Shown: in pieces, positions 47,492 through 57,755 of the stretch
How positions within the stretch are numbered: position 1 is the first letter of the stretch
How the letters are laid out: each line of letters opens with the position of its first letter
Assembly (NCBI GenBank): GCA_036007245.1
Contig: DASYOY010000059.1
Span: 221 to 64,220 of the forward strand
Direction: 5' to 3'
Length of the DNA stretch: 64,000 bases
Source: Actinomycetota bacterium
GTDB taxonomy: Bacteria; Actinomycetota; UBA4738; HRBIN12
Notes under the pieces: model-generated
What the model was told of the DNA's origin: nothing
Seen by the model: the letters and a program-made list of their open reading frames with translations, nothing else
Database searches by the model: none
Position numbers and translations under genes: made by a program

Positions 47492-48463
47492 TCACAGCAT
47501 CTTCAGTTGCTCGGCCTTCTTCTGCTGCGGCGGCCGGGACTTCCGGAACCGCGGCGCAAGCACGCCGGGGCGGCGTGGCGTCCGATCGATCATGCGGTGG
47601 ACCTGCGACGAGATCGCATCTCGCTCAGCCTTGGGCCCATACGGCTTCTGGTACAGCTCGGTGTAGCGCTCCACCAGTTCGGGGTGCGCTTCCTCGAGCC
47701 ACGGCCAGAACTCCTCGCGCACACCAGGGCGCAGATGCAACATGATCGGCGACACGTGCGAAGCGCCGGCATCGAGCGCCGCCTCGATCACCGCGCGCAT
47801 CTGCTCCGGCCGATCCGAGATGCCCGGCAGGATCGGTGCCATCAACACCCCGGTCGGGATGCCGGCATCGACCAGCGTGCGCAACGCCTCGATCCTCGCG
47901 CGCGGCGACGGCGTGCCCGGCTCGGTCGTGCGCCAGACCTCTTCGTCCAGGGTCCCGATCGAGAAGGCCGCCGACACCTCGGAGTGCTCGGACGCCTCGA
48001 CCAGGAGGTCGATGTCCCGGGTGATCAGCGTGCCTTTCGTCAGGATCGAGAACGGGTTGCGGTGATCGATCAGGGCCCGGATGATCCCCCGCATCAGTTG
48101 GTAGCGGCCCTCGATCCGCTGGTACGGGTCGGTGTTGGTCCCCATCGCGATGTGCTCGCCCTTCCAGCGCTTCGCGGCGAGCTCACGCCGGAGCACCTCG
48201 GGCGCGTTCACCTTGACGACGACCTTGGTCTCGAAGTCGCGCCCGGCGTTCATCTCTAGGTAGGTGTGGGTCGGCCGAGCGAAGCAGTACACGCAGGCGT
48301 GGACGCAGCCGCGATAGGGATTGATCGTCCAGTCGAACGGCATCGCGTTGCCGGGCACCTTGTTGATGACCGACTTGGCCTCGACCTCGATGCACTCGAT
48401 CCCTCGGAACTCCGGGGTGTCGAAGGTCCGCCGGGCGAGCTCGAAGAGCTGTTCCTTCGCCAT
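47492..48463 (-). CDS. radical SAM protein (SplB/DNA-repair-photolyase-like, COG1533 family)
   Basis: It has the CVHACVYC cluster motif and a TIM-barrel-like region. Confidence 0.8.
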   Translation of the reverse strand: MAKEQLFELARRTFDTPEFRGIECIEVEAKSVINKVPGNAMPFDWTINPYRGCVHACVYCFARPTHTYLEMNAGRDFETKVVVKVNAPEVLRRELAAKRWKGEHIAMGTNTDPYQRIEGRYQLMRGIIRALIDHRNPFSILTKGTLITRDIDLLVEASEHSEVSAAFSIGTLDEEVWRTTEPGTPSPRARIEALRTLVDAGIPTGVLMAPILPGISDRPEQMRAVIEAALDAGASHVSPIMLHLRPGVREEFWPWLEEAHPELVERYTELYQKPYGPKAERDAISSQVHRMIDRTPRRPGVLAPRFRKSRPPQQKKAEQLKML

Positions 48464-48552
48464 GAAGGCCCAGAGTAGAACATATGTTCGATTCGGTCAG
48501 TCCCCTCTTCGGCGGAGTGGAACCCCTCCCGGTGGGAACATCCGGGATATGG

Positions 48553-49439
48553 CATCGATCCTGGTCGCGACCGACCGCGGGCTGTACGACATCGTCGGCG
48601 ACGACCCGCCCGCCTTCGCAGACCGGAAGGTCACCTTCCTGGCGCCGGGACCCGACGGCATGCGCGCGATCCTGGGCGGCAACGAGATCTGGGCGGCCGA
48701 CGGCGGCTGGCATCGGGTCGCGACCAGCGCCCGGCTCGTTCTGAACTGCTTGGCGTTCACCGACCGGTGGCTCGTCGGCACGTCGGAGGCGCACCTCCTC
48801 CACCTCACCGACGGCGGGGGTCTCGTCCCGATCGAGCAGTTCGACGACGTGAAGGGCCGCGGCGACTGGTTCACGCCGTGGGGCGGCCCGCCCGACACCC
48901 GGTCGATGTCGGAATGGGATGACGACGTCTACGTGAACGTCCACGTCGGCGGGATCGTGCGCACCGACGATGGCGGCGATACCTGGATGCCGACGATCGA
49001 CATCGAGGCCGACGTACATCAGGTCACGACCGCGGAGGGCATGGTGCTCGCCGCGACCGCCGGCGGGCTCGCGGTGAGCGCCGACCGCGGAGGAACCTGG
49101 AACCACCGCACCGACGGGCTCGTGCATCACTACGCGCGCGCCGTGACGGTGATCGGCGACACGGTGCTGCTGTCGACGTCGCGCGGTCCGCGCGGCGGCG
49201 ACGCGGTTGTCTACCGAGCCGGTCTCGACGGCGGCGCGTTCGAACGATGCACGGCCGGCCTGCCCGCATCGTTCGACGGCAACATCGACAGCCATTGCCT
49301 CGACGCACCGCCGGGCGGACCCGCCGTCTGCTTCGGAACGGCAGACGGGCAAGTGTTCCGCTCCTCAGACGAGGGCGCGACGTGGCAGCAGCTCGCGGAC
49401 GGGCTGCCGCCGGTGCGGCGCGTGCTCGTGCTCCCCTAG
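48553..49439 (+). CDS. BNR/Asp-box repeat (sialidase/Ycf48-like beta-propeller) protein
   Basis: Three Asp-boxes are present (TDDGGDTW, SADRGGTW, SSDEGATW). The start is at MASILVATD. Confidence 0.65.
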
Positions 49440-51199
49440 ACGAGCAGCTCGCCCGGAGCCTTGAAGTACTGATCGTTGATCGCGTCCCCCGCCATGTACG
49501 CGAGTGCGGCGAGCGTCCCGGTCGGGTTCGCGCCTGGGTTCTGCGGATACTGGGCCGCGCCCGTGACGAACACGTTCGGCGTGTCCCAGACCTGCCCGTA
49601 CTTGTTGACCACGGACGTGCCCGGATCGCTCCCCATGATCGCGCCGCCGGTGATGTGGGTGGTCTGATACACGTCGATCCGGTACGGGTCCAGCGCGGGC
49701 GCGGTGTAGGGGATCGAGTCGGGGTTCATCGCCTTCATGATCCCCAGGCTCTTCTCCGCGATGAAGGCGTAGAGCTTCCGGTCGTTCTCGTGGAAGTCGA
49801 ACGCGAGCCGCAGCAACGGCTGACCCCAGGCATCCCTGTAGTTGGGATCGAGGTCCATGTATTGGTCCTCGTACGGCAAGCTCTCGCCTTGGATGTTGAT
49901 GTCGATGTAGGAATCCCAGCCCTCGGCGAACTCCTTAACGAACTGTGACCCGCTCGCGGAGCTGACGTCGGACCACCCGAGGAACGTCGAGATCGGCTCG
50001 CGCTCGCCGAGCGCCGCGTAGATCTGCGCGCCACCGATGAAGTCGAGGTTCGAGTGGTCGAAGTCGTCGGCGTTGAAGTCGTAGATCAGGTTGCAGGTGG
50101 ATACGTTGCCCATGTACAGCCCGAACGTGCGGTGCTTCCAGAGCCCTTTCACCGGCGTGATCGCCAGCTGGTACGTGAAATTCTTGCCGACCCGACCTTG
50201 ATCGTTCCCGACACCGTGCGCGTGCGAATCGCTCATCGAGTTCAACAGCACCTGCACGTTGCCAAGGGGGTAGCCGGATGCGATCACGACGTCGGCCGGC
50301 TGGAACCGCTCGGACCCGTCGCAGTCGACGTAGGTCACGCCGGTCGCCTGCCCGTTGCTCGCGGTCTCGATGCGGATCACGTGGACGCCGGTACGGACCT
50401 GATAGCGGCCCGTCGCGAGCGCCACCGGCGTGTGCGTCGTGAGCCCGGTCGCCTTGGCGTCGACCTCGCATCCGTATCGCGTGCAGAAGCCGCAGTACAG
50501 GCAGGCCGCCCGTTGGTTCCCGAACCGGTCGGTGAACGCCCGGGTCGTGATCCCCGAGGGCTGGGGGAACGGGTGGTACCCGAGGTTCTCGCACGCGTCC
50601 CAGAACATGCCGGAGGCGCGGTTGCGCTCGAGCGGCGGCGTCGGATAGTCGCGGGAGCGTGGGCCCTCGAAGATGTTGCCGCCCTGGATCTTCTGGCCGT
50701 TGATGTTGCCCGCTCGGCCGGACGCGCCGATGTCGTACTCGAACTCGTCGTAGTACGGCTCGAGATCGTCGTAGGTGATCGGCCAGTCCTGGATCATGTT
50801 GCCGCGCGGTAATTTGTCGACCCCGTACCGGTCGATCACGTGGCTCCGGTAGTTGAAGTCCGTCGGCAGGAACCGCCACACCTGCGCAGACCAGTGCGCC
50901 GCCGAGCCGCCGAGCCCTTGGCCCGGGTGGAACGAGCCGTACTGCCGCATGGGAAGCGCGGGCAGACCCGGGTTCGGACGCCAGGTCCAGCTCGTCTTCG
51001 TGATGTCGATCATCATCTTCTTGCGGATCACGTACGCCTCGGCGTCGTGATCCATCGAGAAGTCGGGGTAGGTCCAGCGGTTGTCGCCCTGCTCGAGTGA
51101 CACGACGGAGTGGCCGGCAGCGGTCAGCTTCCAGGCGAGGATCCCCGCGGTCCACCCCGCGCCGATCGTGACGACGTCTACCCGGGGGTCGTCTGACAT
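49436..51199 (-). CDS. GMC family oxidoreductase (gluconate 2-dehydrogenase flavoprotein-subunit-like)
   Basis: The FAD motif VVTIGAGWTAG is present, with a GMC C-terminus. Confidence 0.85.
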   Translation of the reverse strand: MSDDPRVDVVTIGAGWTAGILAWKLTAAGHSVVSLEQGDNRWTYPDFSMDHDAEAYVIRKKMMIDITKTSWTWRPNPGLPALPMRQYGSFHPGQGLGGSAAHWSAQVWRFLPTDFNYRSHVIDRYGVDKLPRGNMIQDWPITYDDLEPYYDEFEYDIGASGRAGNINGQKIQGGNIFEGPRSRDYPTPPLERNRASGMFWDACENLGYHPFPQPSGITTRAFTDRFGNQRAACLYCGFCTRYGCEVDAKATGLTTHTPVALATGRYQVRTGVHVIRIETASNGQATGVTYVDCDGSERFQPADVVIASGYPLGNVQVLLNSMSDSHAHGVGNDQGRVGKNFTYQLAITPVKGLWKHRTFGLYMGNVSTCNLIYDFNADDFDHSNLDFIGGAQIYAALGEREPISTFLGWSDVSSASGSQFVKEFAEGWDSYIDINIQGESLPYEDQYMDLDPNYRDAWGQPLLRLAFDFHENDRKLYAFIAEKSLGIMKAMNPDSIPYTAPALDPYRIDVYQTTHITGGAIMGSDPGTSVVNKYGQVWDTPNVFVTGAAQYPQNPGANPTGTLAALAYMAGDAINDQYFKAPGELLV

Positions 51200-52098
51200 A
51201 CCTCGTCCGTTCCGTCGCCCGGACCGGTCACCGCGCCGGCCTCGGCCCCGGCTTCAGGCAAGACGACGCCCGGCATCGCCATGCCCGGCATCGCCGGCGA
51301 CATCTGGCGGAAGCTCTGCGTCGGGCGCTTGGTGAGTCCCGATCGCATCTCCTCCAGCGTGTAGGCGCGCTGCACGCCGGGGTAGCCGATCGCCTTCCAC
51401 ACCGACATGTCGTGGTTGCCGCCGTACATCGGATCGGCGAGCCACCCTTGGGCGGCGTCGCCGCTCAACACGTCGAGGAAGTGGCTGGAGGTCGGCGAGG
51501 CGACGAAGGTGTTCATCTTGCCGTTGGACAGCGCGGTCCAGGCGGCACCTTGCTGGGTCTTGGATGCCTGCATGAACTGCTTGCCGAACGTCTTTTGGCA
51601 GTACTCGTCGATCAGCTCCACGCCGCGCTTGTAGACCTGCCCCGACGTGAGCTCCACCTCTTGCACTCCGTAGCGGTAGAGCTGCGAGGTCGGGACCCAG
51701 ATCACCTCGTCGGTGTCGGGCCCGGGGGCCGTGGGGCCGTCGTAGGCCTTGGCGAACGGCGGAGAGATGTAGGTCGGCACGCCTTCGTCGGTCGCCAACC
51801 GCTGGTCGATGAAGTTCAGAACCTTCGCTTCGGATGCGCTCGGCACGCCCTTCGCGCCCGGCAGAAGGTTGTCCAACAGGATGCCGATCACGCCGGCCTC
51901 GTTCTGGGAGAAGTACCGCAGAACGCCCGGCGGCTGGGGCGATACGGCTGGCGAAGGTGACCCCTCGTATCCGGATGGCGTCTCGGTGGACGGCGCACAT
52001 GCATCCAGCAGAACCGGCGCGGCAACCGCGGCGATGCTCGCGTTGCGGATGAATACCCGGCGCGACACACGACCCTTCGGGGTCGTTTGCTCGGCCAT
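51178..52098 (-). CDS. gluconate 2-dehydrogenase subunit 3 family protein with a TAT signal
   Basis: The twin-arginine signal is SRRVFIRNASIAAVAAP. A GGAGGA Shine-Dalgarno-like sequence is present. Its stop overlaps the GMC gene start. Confidence 0.75.
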   Translation of the reverse strand: MAEQTTPKGRVSRRVFIRNASIAAVAAPVLLDACAPSTETPSGYEGSPSPAVSPQPPGVLRYFSQNEAGVIGILLDNLLPGAKGVPSASEAKVLNFIDQRLATDEGVPTYISPPFAKAYDGPTAPGPDTDEVIWVPTSQLYRYGVQEVELTSGQVYKRGVELIDEYCQKTFGKQFMQASKTQQGAAWTALSNGKMNTFVASPTSSHFLDVLSGDAAQGWLADPMYGGNHDMSVWKAIGYPGVQRAYTLEEMRSGLTKRPTQSFRQMSPAMPGMAMPGVVLPEAGAEAGAVTGPGDGTDEVCQTTPG

Positions 52099-52239
52099 CT
52101 CGATCGGTCCTCCGCCGTACCCACCGACGCGGGCACGAACGGTCGTGTACCCATCGCGCGCCCAAACATGCGTCGGTATGCGTTTCGACCCAGAAGGCCT
52201 CGGGTAGCGGCTCTCCGTAACGACCGGAAAGCGTCGGAC

Positions 52240-53259
52240 ATGAGCCAAAAGGCCAGGGTCATCCAAGGGTCTGCTGTGCTCGCAGCCGTCCTGGCGCTCG
52301 CCGACGCGGCGTGCTCAGGCCCCGGAACCATGACGAGCAACACCGCGGGACAAGGCGCCCATCGGATCTCGGTCCTCGCGGTTGGGATGTTCGCGATCGC
52401 CGCGTTCGTGTTCCTCGTCGTGATCTCGTTCCTGGCCTACGGCTTGTTCCGCCGGCGCCGCGAGTCCGACGACGGGAAGCCGATCTTGAACGACGGCGGC
52501 GGAACGCGGATGGTGCTGTTCGGTGGCGTGGCCTTCCCGATCGTCGTCTTGATCGTCCTGTTCGTGATCACGCTCGTCGCGCTCGAGGCGCAGGCGCGCG
52601 ACGACACCGGCACGCACGTGTTCACGGTCGACGTGATCGCGCACCGCTGGTGGTGGGAGTTCCAGTACCCGACCCAGGGCATCGACACCGCGAACGAGCT
52701 GCATATCCCCACCGGTCAGCCCGTGCTGATGCAGGTGACCAGCGACGACGTGATCCACAGCTTCTGGGTGCCGAAGCTGCAGCGGAAGGTCGACGCGATC
52801 CCCGGCCGGACGAACGACGTGACGCTCGAGGCCACCGCCGACGGGACCTACCTCGGCGAGTGCTCGGAGTTCTGCGGCCTGCAGCACGCGCACATGCAGT
52901 TCCACGTGATCGCCGAGTCCGCCGACGCGTTCAACAGCTGGGTCGCCGATCAGCAGCGCACGCCGCCGGCTCAACCCACCGGCCTCGTGCTGGCCGGACA
53001 GCAGGTCTTCCTCGGTTCGTCGTGCGTCTACTGCCACTCGGTGTCCGGGACGACCGCGACCGGCACGGTCGGCCCGAACCTGACCCACGTCGCGAGCCGC
53101 ACCACGCTCGCCGCCGGCACGATCCCGAACACCCCGCAGGAGCTTGCCGCCTGGATCGCGAACCCACAGTCGATCAAACCCGGCACGGAGATGCCGGCGA
53201 GCGACCTCACCCCGACGCAGCTCCGAGAGCTCGTCGCCTACCTGGAGAGCCTGAGCTGA
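52240..53259 (+). CDS. ctaC: cytochrome c oxidase subunit II with a fused C-terminal cytochrome c domain (caa3-type)
   Basis: The CuA site is HSFWVP...CSEFCGLQHAHM and the heme-c motif is CVYCH. Confidence 0.9.
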   Translation: MSQKARVIQGSAVLAAVLALADAACSGPGTMTSNTAGQGAHRISVLAVGMFAIAAFVFLVVISFLAYGLFRRRRESDDGKPILNDGGGTRMVLFGGVAFPIVVLIVLFVITLVALEAQARDDTGTHVFTVDVIAHRWWWEFQYPTQGIDTANELHIPTGQPVLMQVTSDDVIHSFWVPKLQRKVDAIPGRTNDVTLEATADGTYLGECSEFCGLQHAHMQFHVIAESADAFNSWVADQQRTPPAQPTGLVLAGQQVFLGSSCVYCHSVSGTTATGTVGPNLTHVASRTTLAAGTIPNTPQELAAWIANPQSIKPGTEMPASDLTPTQLRELVAYLESLS

Positions 53260-55121
53260 TGGCGACCGCGACCGAAACGCGCCTCGAGGAGATCTGGGCC
53301 GAAGAGCCGGGGCCGGCGTCGTTCTTCACGACCGGCGACCACAAGCGGATCGGCAAGCGGTACATCGTCACCGCGCTGATCTTCTTCCTCCTCGGCGGGG
53401 TCGAGGCGGCGCTGATGCGCTGGCAGCTCGCCCAACCGAGCGCCACGCACCTCACGCCGGAGCAGTACGACGAGCTGTTCAGCATGCACGGCACCACGAT
53501 GATCTTCCTGTTCATCACACCGTTGTTCACCGGGCTCGCCAACTACCTCGTGCCGCTGATGATCGGGACCCGCGATATGGCGTTCCCGCGGCTGAACGCG
53601 TTCAGCTACTGGATCTTCCTCGGCGCCGGGCTGTTCCTCTACGCCGGGTTCGTGATCGGAGCGGCGCCCAACGGCGGGTGGTTCGCGTACCCGCCGATGA
53701 CCGGATCGACGTTCGACCCCGGGATGAACATGGACATCTGGGGGCTCGGTCTGATCTTCCTGTCGATCTCGACGACGGCGGGCGCGATCAACCTGATCGT
53801 CACGATCTTGAAGCTGCGCGCGCCCGGAATGACCCTCGCGCGGATGCCGCTCTACGTCTGGGGGATGTTCGTGACCGCCTGGATGATGGTGCTGGCGATG
53901 CCGCCGCTGACGTATGCGAACATCCTGCTGCAGCTGGACCGGAACCTCGGGACGCACTTCTTCGACCGAACCTACGGCGGCGACCCGCTGCTGTGGCAGC
54001 ACCTGTTCTGGCTGTTCGGTCACCCGGACGTCTACATCATCTTCCTGCCGGCGGTGGGGATCGTGTCGACCGTGATCCCGACGTTCTCACGGCGGCCGAT
54101 CGTTGGGTATCCGTACGTCGCACTCGCGACCGTCCTGACGGGGATCATCGCGTTCGGCGTCTGGGTGCACCACATGTTCGCGACCGGGTTGCCCCAGCTG
54201 GGGCTGACCTTCTTCGCCGCGGCGAGCATGATCATCGCGATCCCGAGCGGCGTGCAGATCTTCGCGTGGCTGGCGACGATCATCCGTGGGCGGAAGCCCG
54301 TCTACACGACGCCGTTCTTGTTCGCCGTGGGGTTCATCGTCGTGTTCGTGATCGGCGGCGTGACCGGCGTGATGTTCGCGAGCGTGCCGTTCGACCAGGG
54401 CGTGACCGACTCATACTTCATCGTCGCGCACTTCCACTACGTGCTGTTCGGCGGCGCGGTCTTCCCGATGTTCGCCGGGCTGCACTACTGGTTCCCGAAG
54501 ATCACCGGGCGGATGTACAGCGAGACGCTCGGCAAGTGGTCGTTCTGGCTGATCTTCGTCGGGTTCAACGTCACGTTCTTCCCGATGCACATCATGGGGC
54601 TGATGGGGATGCCCCGGCGGGTGTACACGTACTCGCCGGAGCTCGGGGTCGGCGGGCTGAACATGCTGTCGAGCATCGGCGCGGCGGTCGTGTTCGTCGG
54701 GATCGCGCTGGTGGCGGTCAACGCCTTCAAGAGCCTGCTGAGCGGCGCGAAGGCGGGTGCGAACCCGTGGGGCGCGGCGACCCTCGAGTGGGCGACCACC
54801 TCGCCGCCGCCGCATTACGGCTTCGCGTCGATCCCCGTCGTCACCGGTCGTGAACCACTGTGGGAGCAGCCCGAGCTCACGAGCAACCTCACGCTGACCG
54901 ATGGCCGCGAGATCCTCGGGACCACGGTCGTCGACGCGGAACCGGAAGAAGCGTTGCACATGCCGGAAGCGTCGGTCTGGCCGCTGCTCACCGCGCTCGG
55001 GTTCGCCGCGATGTTCATCTCGCTGCTGGTCACGTCGGTGCCCGCCGCGTTGCTGTCGGGGCTCGTGACGCTCGCCTTCATCGGGGCGTGGACGTGGGAT
55101 CTGGGCGGGGTGCCGGGATGA
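53259..55121 (+). CDS. ctaD: cytochrome c oxidase subunit I
   Basis: CoxI sequence is conserved throughout (WLFGHPDVYIIFLP, HHMF). It is joined to ctaC by a TGATG overlap. Confidence 0.95.
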   Translation: MATATETRLEEIWAEEPGPASFFTTGDHKRIGKRYIVTALIFFLLGGVEAALMRWQLAQPSATHLTPEQYDELFSMHGTTMIFLFITPLFTGLANYLVPLMIGTRDMAFPRLNAFSYWIFLGAGLFLYAGFVIGAAPNGGWFAYPPMTGSTFDPGMNMDIWGLGLIFLSISTTAGAINLIVTILKLRAPGMTLARMPLYVWGMFVTAWMMVLAMPPLTYANILLQLDRNLGTHFFDRTYGGDPLLWQHLFWLFGHPDVYIIFLPAVGIVSTVIPTFSRRPIVGYPYVALATVLTGIIAFGVWVHHMFATGLPQLGLTFFAAASMIIAIPSGVQIFAWLATIIRGRKPVYTTPFLFAVGFIVVFVIGGVTGVMFASVPFDQGVTDSYFIVAHFHYVLFGGAVFPMFAGLHYWFPKITGRMYSETLGKWSFWLIFVGFNVTFFPMHIMGLMGMPRRVYTYSPELGVGGLNMLSSIGAAVVFVGIALVAVNAFKSLLSGAKAGANPWGAATLEWATTSPPPHYGFASIPVVTGREPLWEQPELTSNLTLTDGREILGTTVVDAEPEEALHMPEASVWPLLTALGFAAMFISLLVTSVPAALLSGLVTLAFIGAWTWDLGGVPG

Positions 55122-55696
55122 GCGTCACACACGTCGAGGCGCGCGGCGCGCGGTCGCCGGGCTGGTGGGGCATGGTGCTGTTCATCCTGGCCGAGCTGAC
55201 CTTGTTCGGGACCGCGCTCGCGTCGTACCTGTTCCTGCGGTTCGAGGCGCCGACCTGGCCCCCGCCGGGCGTCGAACCGCCCGACATCGTGCTGGGCGCG
55301 ATCGCCACCGGGCTCTTGCTGGGTAGCAGCATCCCGATGCTGCTCGCGGAGCGCGGGATCGAGCGGGGCAGCGTCGTGCGGATGCGGGTCTGCATCGCCA
55401 TCTCGATCGTGCTCGCGCTCGGGTTCCTGGCCATCCAGGGCTATGAGTACTCCCAGGCGTCGTTCTCGTGGCGAACCGACGCCTACGGGTCCCTGTTCTT
55501 CACGATCTTGAGCCTTCACGCGCTGCACGTGATCGGCGCGATCTTGATCGTCGGCTGGCTCGAGGTCCGGTCGTTCGCGGGGCACTTCAACCGCGAGCAT
55601 CACGTCGCGGTCCAAACGGGGTCGCTGTATTGGCACTTCGTCGACCTGGTCTGGCTCGGGATCTTCCTCGTCCTCTACATCTCTCCGAGGTTCTGA
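55118..55696 (+). CDS. ctaE: cytochrome c oxidase subunit III
   Basis: The sequence is CoxIII-like (WWGMVLFI..., HALHVIGA). It is joined by an ATGA overlap. Confidence 0.85.
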   Translation: MSVTHVEARGARSPGWWGMVLFILAELTLFGTALASYLFLRFEAPTWPPPGVEPPDIVLGAIATGLLLGSSIPMLLAERGIERGSVVRMRVCIAISIVLALGFLAIQGYEYSQASFSWRTDAYGSLFFTILSLHALHVIGAILIVGWLEVRSFAGHFNREHHVAVQTGSLYWHFVDLVWLGIFLVLYISPRF

Positions 55697-56103
55697 TGGC
55701 TGGGATCACTGCATCGACGGATGGAGACCGCGAACCGCGGCACGATCGCGGGGCGCTGGCGCTGGCGTGGTTCGGGATCTTGGGCCCGCCGGCGGCGTGG
55801 GCCGCGCAGTTGGTCATCTCCGATGCGTTCGCCGAGGTTGGATGCGAAGCGGGGGGATTCTCGTCGATCTCGGTGGTGCTGGTGGTGGTCACGCTCGTCG
55901 CGCTGGCGATCGCTCTGGCCGCCGGGATCGTCTCCTTCGTGCGGTATCGGGGGGCGCCGGCGCGCGACGGGGACGCCACACGGCTGGAGCGCATCCGGTT
56001 CATGACCCTGCTCGGATGCATGTCGTCGGGCCTGTTCGTGATCTTGATCGTGCTCGGTGGGATCGTGCCGCACCTGGTGATGTCGACCTGCAGCCCGGCG
56101 TGA
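55696..56103 (+). CDS. small membrane protein in the subunit IV position of the oxidase operon
   Basis: It has three TM helices and is joined by a TGATG overlap. The assignment rests on position and size only. Confidence 0.5.
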   Translation: MAGITASTDGDREPRHDRGALALAWFGILGPPAAWAAQLVISDAFAEVGCEAGGFSSISVVLVVVTLVALAIALAAGIVSFVRYRGAPARDGDATRLERIRFMTLLGCMSSGLFVILIVLGGIVPHLVMSTCSPA

Positions 56104-56113
56104 TGGGGTCACC

Positions 56114-56944
56114 GTGATCGGGCTCGTCGCCTCCTTCGTCGTCTTCGGGTCGATCGCGGTCGTCTACCTGCGCGGCGTTCGCGCGCGACGCCGGCGCGGT
56201 CTGGCGCGTCCGTCTGACGGATCGATCGCCACGATGCTCGCCGGTCTCACGATCGCCGCGCTCGTGCTCGACGGACCGGCGGACACGATCGCCGACCAGC
56301 TGTTCTGGGCCCACATGCTGCAACACCTGGCGTTGATCACGGTCGTGGCGCCGTTGGTGGTGCTTGGGGATCCCGTTCGCGCGTTCGAGGAGGTGCTGCC
56401 GATGCGCGTACGCCGCGCGGCCGGCCGGCTCGAGGGCGAGCTGTGGGCACGCGATGGGGCGGCGCGCCGGACCGCGATGGCCGGCTTGGCCGTCTCGACG
56501 ATCGCGCTGGTCGCCTGGCACACGCCGTGGGCGTTCCAGGCAGCGCTCGCCAACAACACGCTGCACGCGCTGGAGCACCTGACGCTGCTGGCCACCGCAC
56601 TGTTCTTCTGGTGGCCGATCCTCACGCCGGGCCTGTGGCAGCGCATCGGGATCGGGTTCGCCATCGTCGAGGTGTTGATCGCCACGACCGTGATGACGGT
56701 GCTCGGCGCGTTGCTCACGTTCTCGCCGACGGTCTGGTACCCGGCATACTCGGCGGCCGAGCGGGCACACGGCATCGGGGCGATCGCCGATCAGCAGCTC
56801 GCCGGGCTCCTGATGTGGATCCCGTCGGGGATGCTCTATCTCGTGATCATCGCGGTGCTGTTCGTGCGATGGATGGACGCGGAGGCGACCAGGACGAGCC
56901 GGATCAGCCGAGCGCCATCGCCTGAGCGGTCGTCAGCACGGTGA
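56114..56944 (+). CDS. ctaG: cytochrome c oxidase assembly factor CtaG (caa3-type)
   Basis: The multi-TM protein carries a HMLQHLALI motif typical of Caa3_CtaG. Confidence 0.7.
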   Translation: MIGLVASFVVFGSIAVVYLRGVRARRRRGLARPSDGSIATMLAGLTIAALVLDGPADTIADQLFWAHMLQHLALITVVAPLVVLGDPVRAFEEVLPMRVRRAAGRLEGELWARDGAARRTAMAGLAVSTIALVAWHTPWAFQAALANNTLHALEHLTLLATALFFWWPILTPGLWQRIGIGFAIVEVLIATTVMTVLGALLTFSPTVWYPAYSAAERAHGIGAIADQQLAGLLMWIPSGMLYLVIIAVLFVRWMDAEATRTSRISRAPSPERSSAR

Positions 56945-57755
56945 CCCGCTGCGCTTGCTCCTCGGCCTGCAGGAAGTCCAACAGGGCCGTGAACTTGTCC
57001 GGCTGGATCGTGTAGGCCCCGCAGTGCGACGGGCAGTAGCGATGGAACACGAACTGGATCCACAGGCTCTGCCCCGATGAGGCCACGCCCGCCTCGGCGT
57101 TGGTGACGTACTTCTCCATCGTCGAGAGCTTGGTCGCCTTCTTGGGGTTGGGCGGCGTGCGCGTCGCGTAGGGATCTGCCGGGGGGATCGTCTCGCCGAT
57201 CTTGCCCTTGGAGACGTGGATCGACACGCCGGAAACCGTCCGGGCGCTCTCATAGCCGCAGCCCCGGACGATCCCTTCGGAGTTCGTGTCCCACGAGCCG
57301 AACGGATACGCGAACGAGACCGGCGCGGGGAACCCGTACTGCTGCCCCCACTGTGTCAGCTGGGTGCGATCGTCGCAGACCTCGTGTGTCGCGTCGGCCG
57401 TGGACAGCGGCTGGATGTTCGCGTGGTCGATCGTGTGTCCGCCGATCTCGTTGCCGAGCGCAGCGAGGGCCCCCAGCTGCGCGGGCGTCATGTGATCGGG
57501 GTCGCCGGCCAAGATCGGGCCGCTATTGATGAAGAAGGTCGCGTTCATGCCATGTGCTTGCAGCACGAGCCGCGTGGCGAACTGGTCGGCTGTGCCGTCG
57601 TCGAACCCGATCGTCACGACGGTCGTCGGCGTGGTCACGAGCGGGATCGGATCGCTCGCCGATGCGCTCGAGGCCGGAAGTGCCCACCCGATGACACCCG
57701 CGGCGAGCGCCAGGGCTCCCGCGATCGCACTCCGACGCCTGCCCCTCGTCCCCAC
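56904..57755 (-). CDS. secreted polysaccharide deacetylase (NodB homology domain)
   Basis: The signal peptide is followed by TIGFDDG, HTIDH and other NodB motifs. Confidence 0.8.
   Translation of the reverse strand: MGTRGRRRSAIAGALALAAGVIGWALPASSASASDPIPLVTTPTTVVTIGFDDGTADQFATRLVLQAHGMNATFFINSGPILAGDPDHMTPAQLGALAALGNEIGGHTIDHANIQPLSTADATHEVCDDRTQLTQWGQQYGFPAPVSFAYPFGSWDTNSEGIVRGCGYESARTVSGVSIHVSKGKIGETIPPADPYATRTPPNPKKATKLSTMEKYVTNAEAGVASSGQSLWIQFVFHRYCPSHCGAYTIQPDKFTALLDFLQAEEQAQRVTVLTTAQAMALG

Noticed and set aside
52311-55121. A 936-aa ORF suggesting a giant fusion upstream of ctaD.
   Set aside because: The first 316 codons are an out-of-frame read through ctaC. The real ctaD begins at the ATG at 53259, which overlaps the ctaC TGA.
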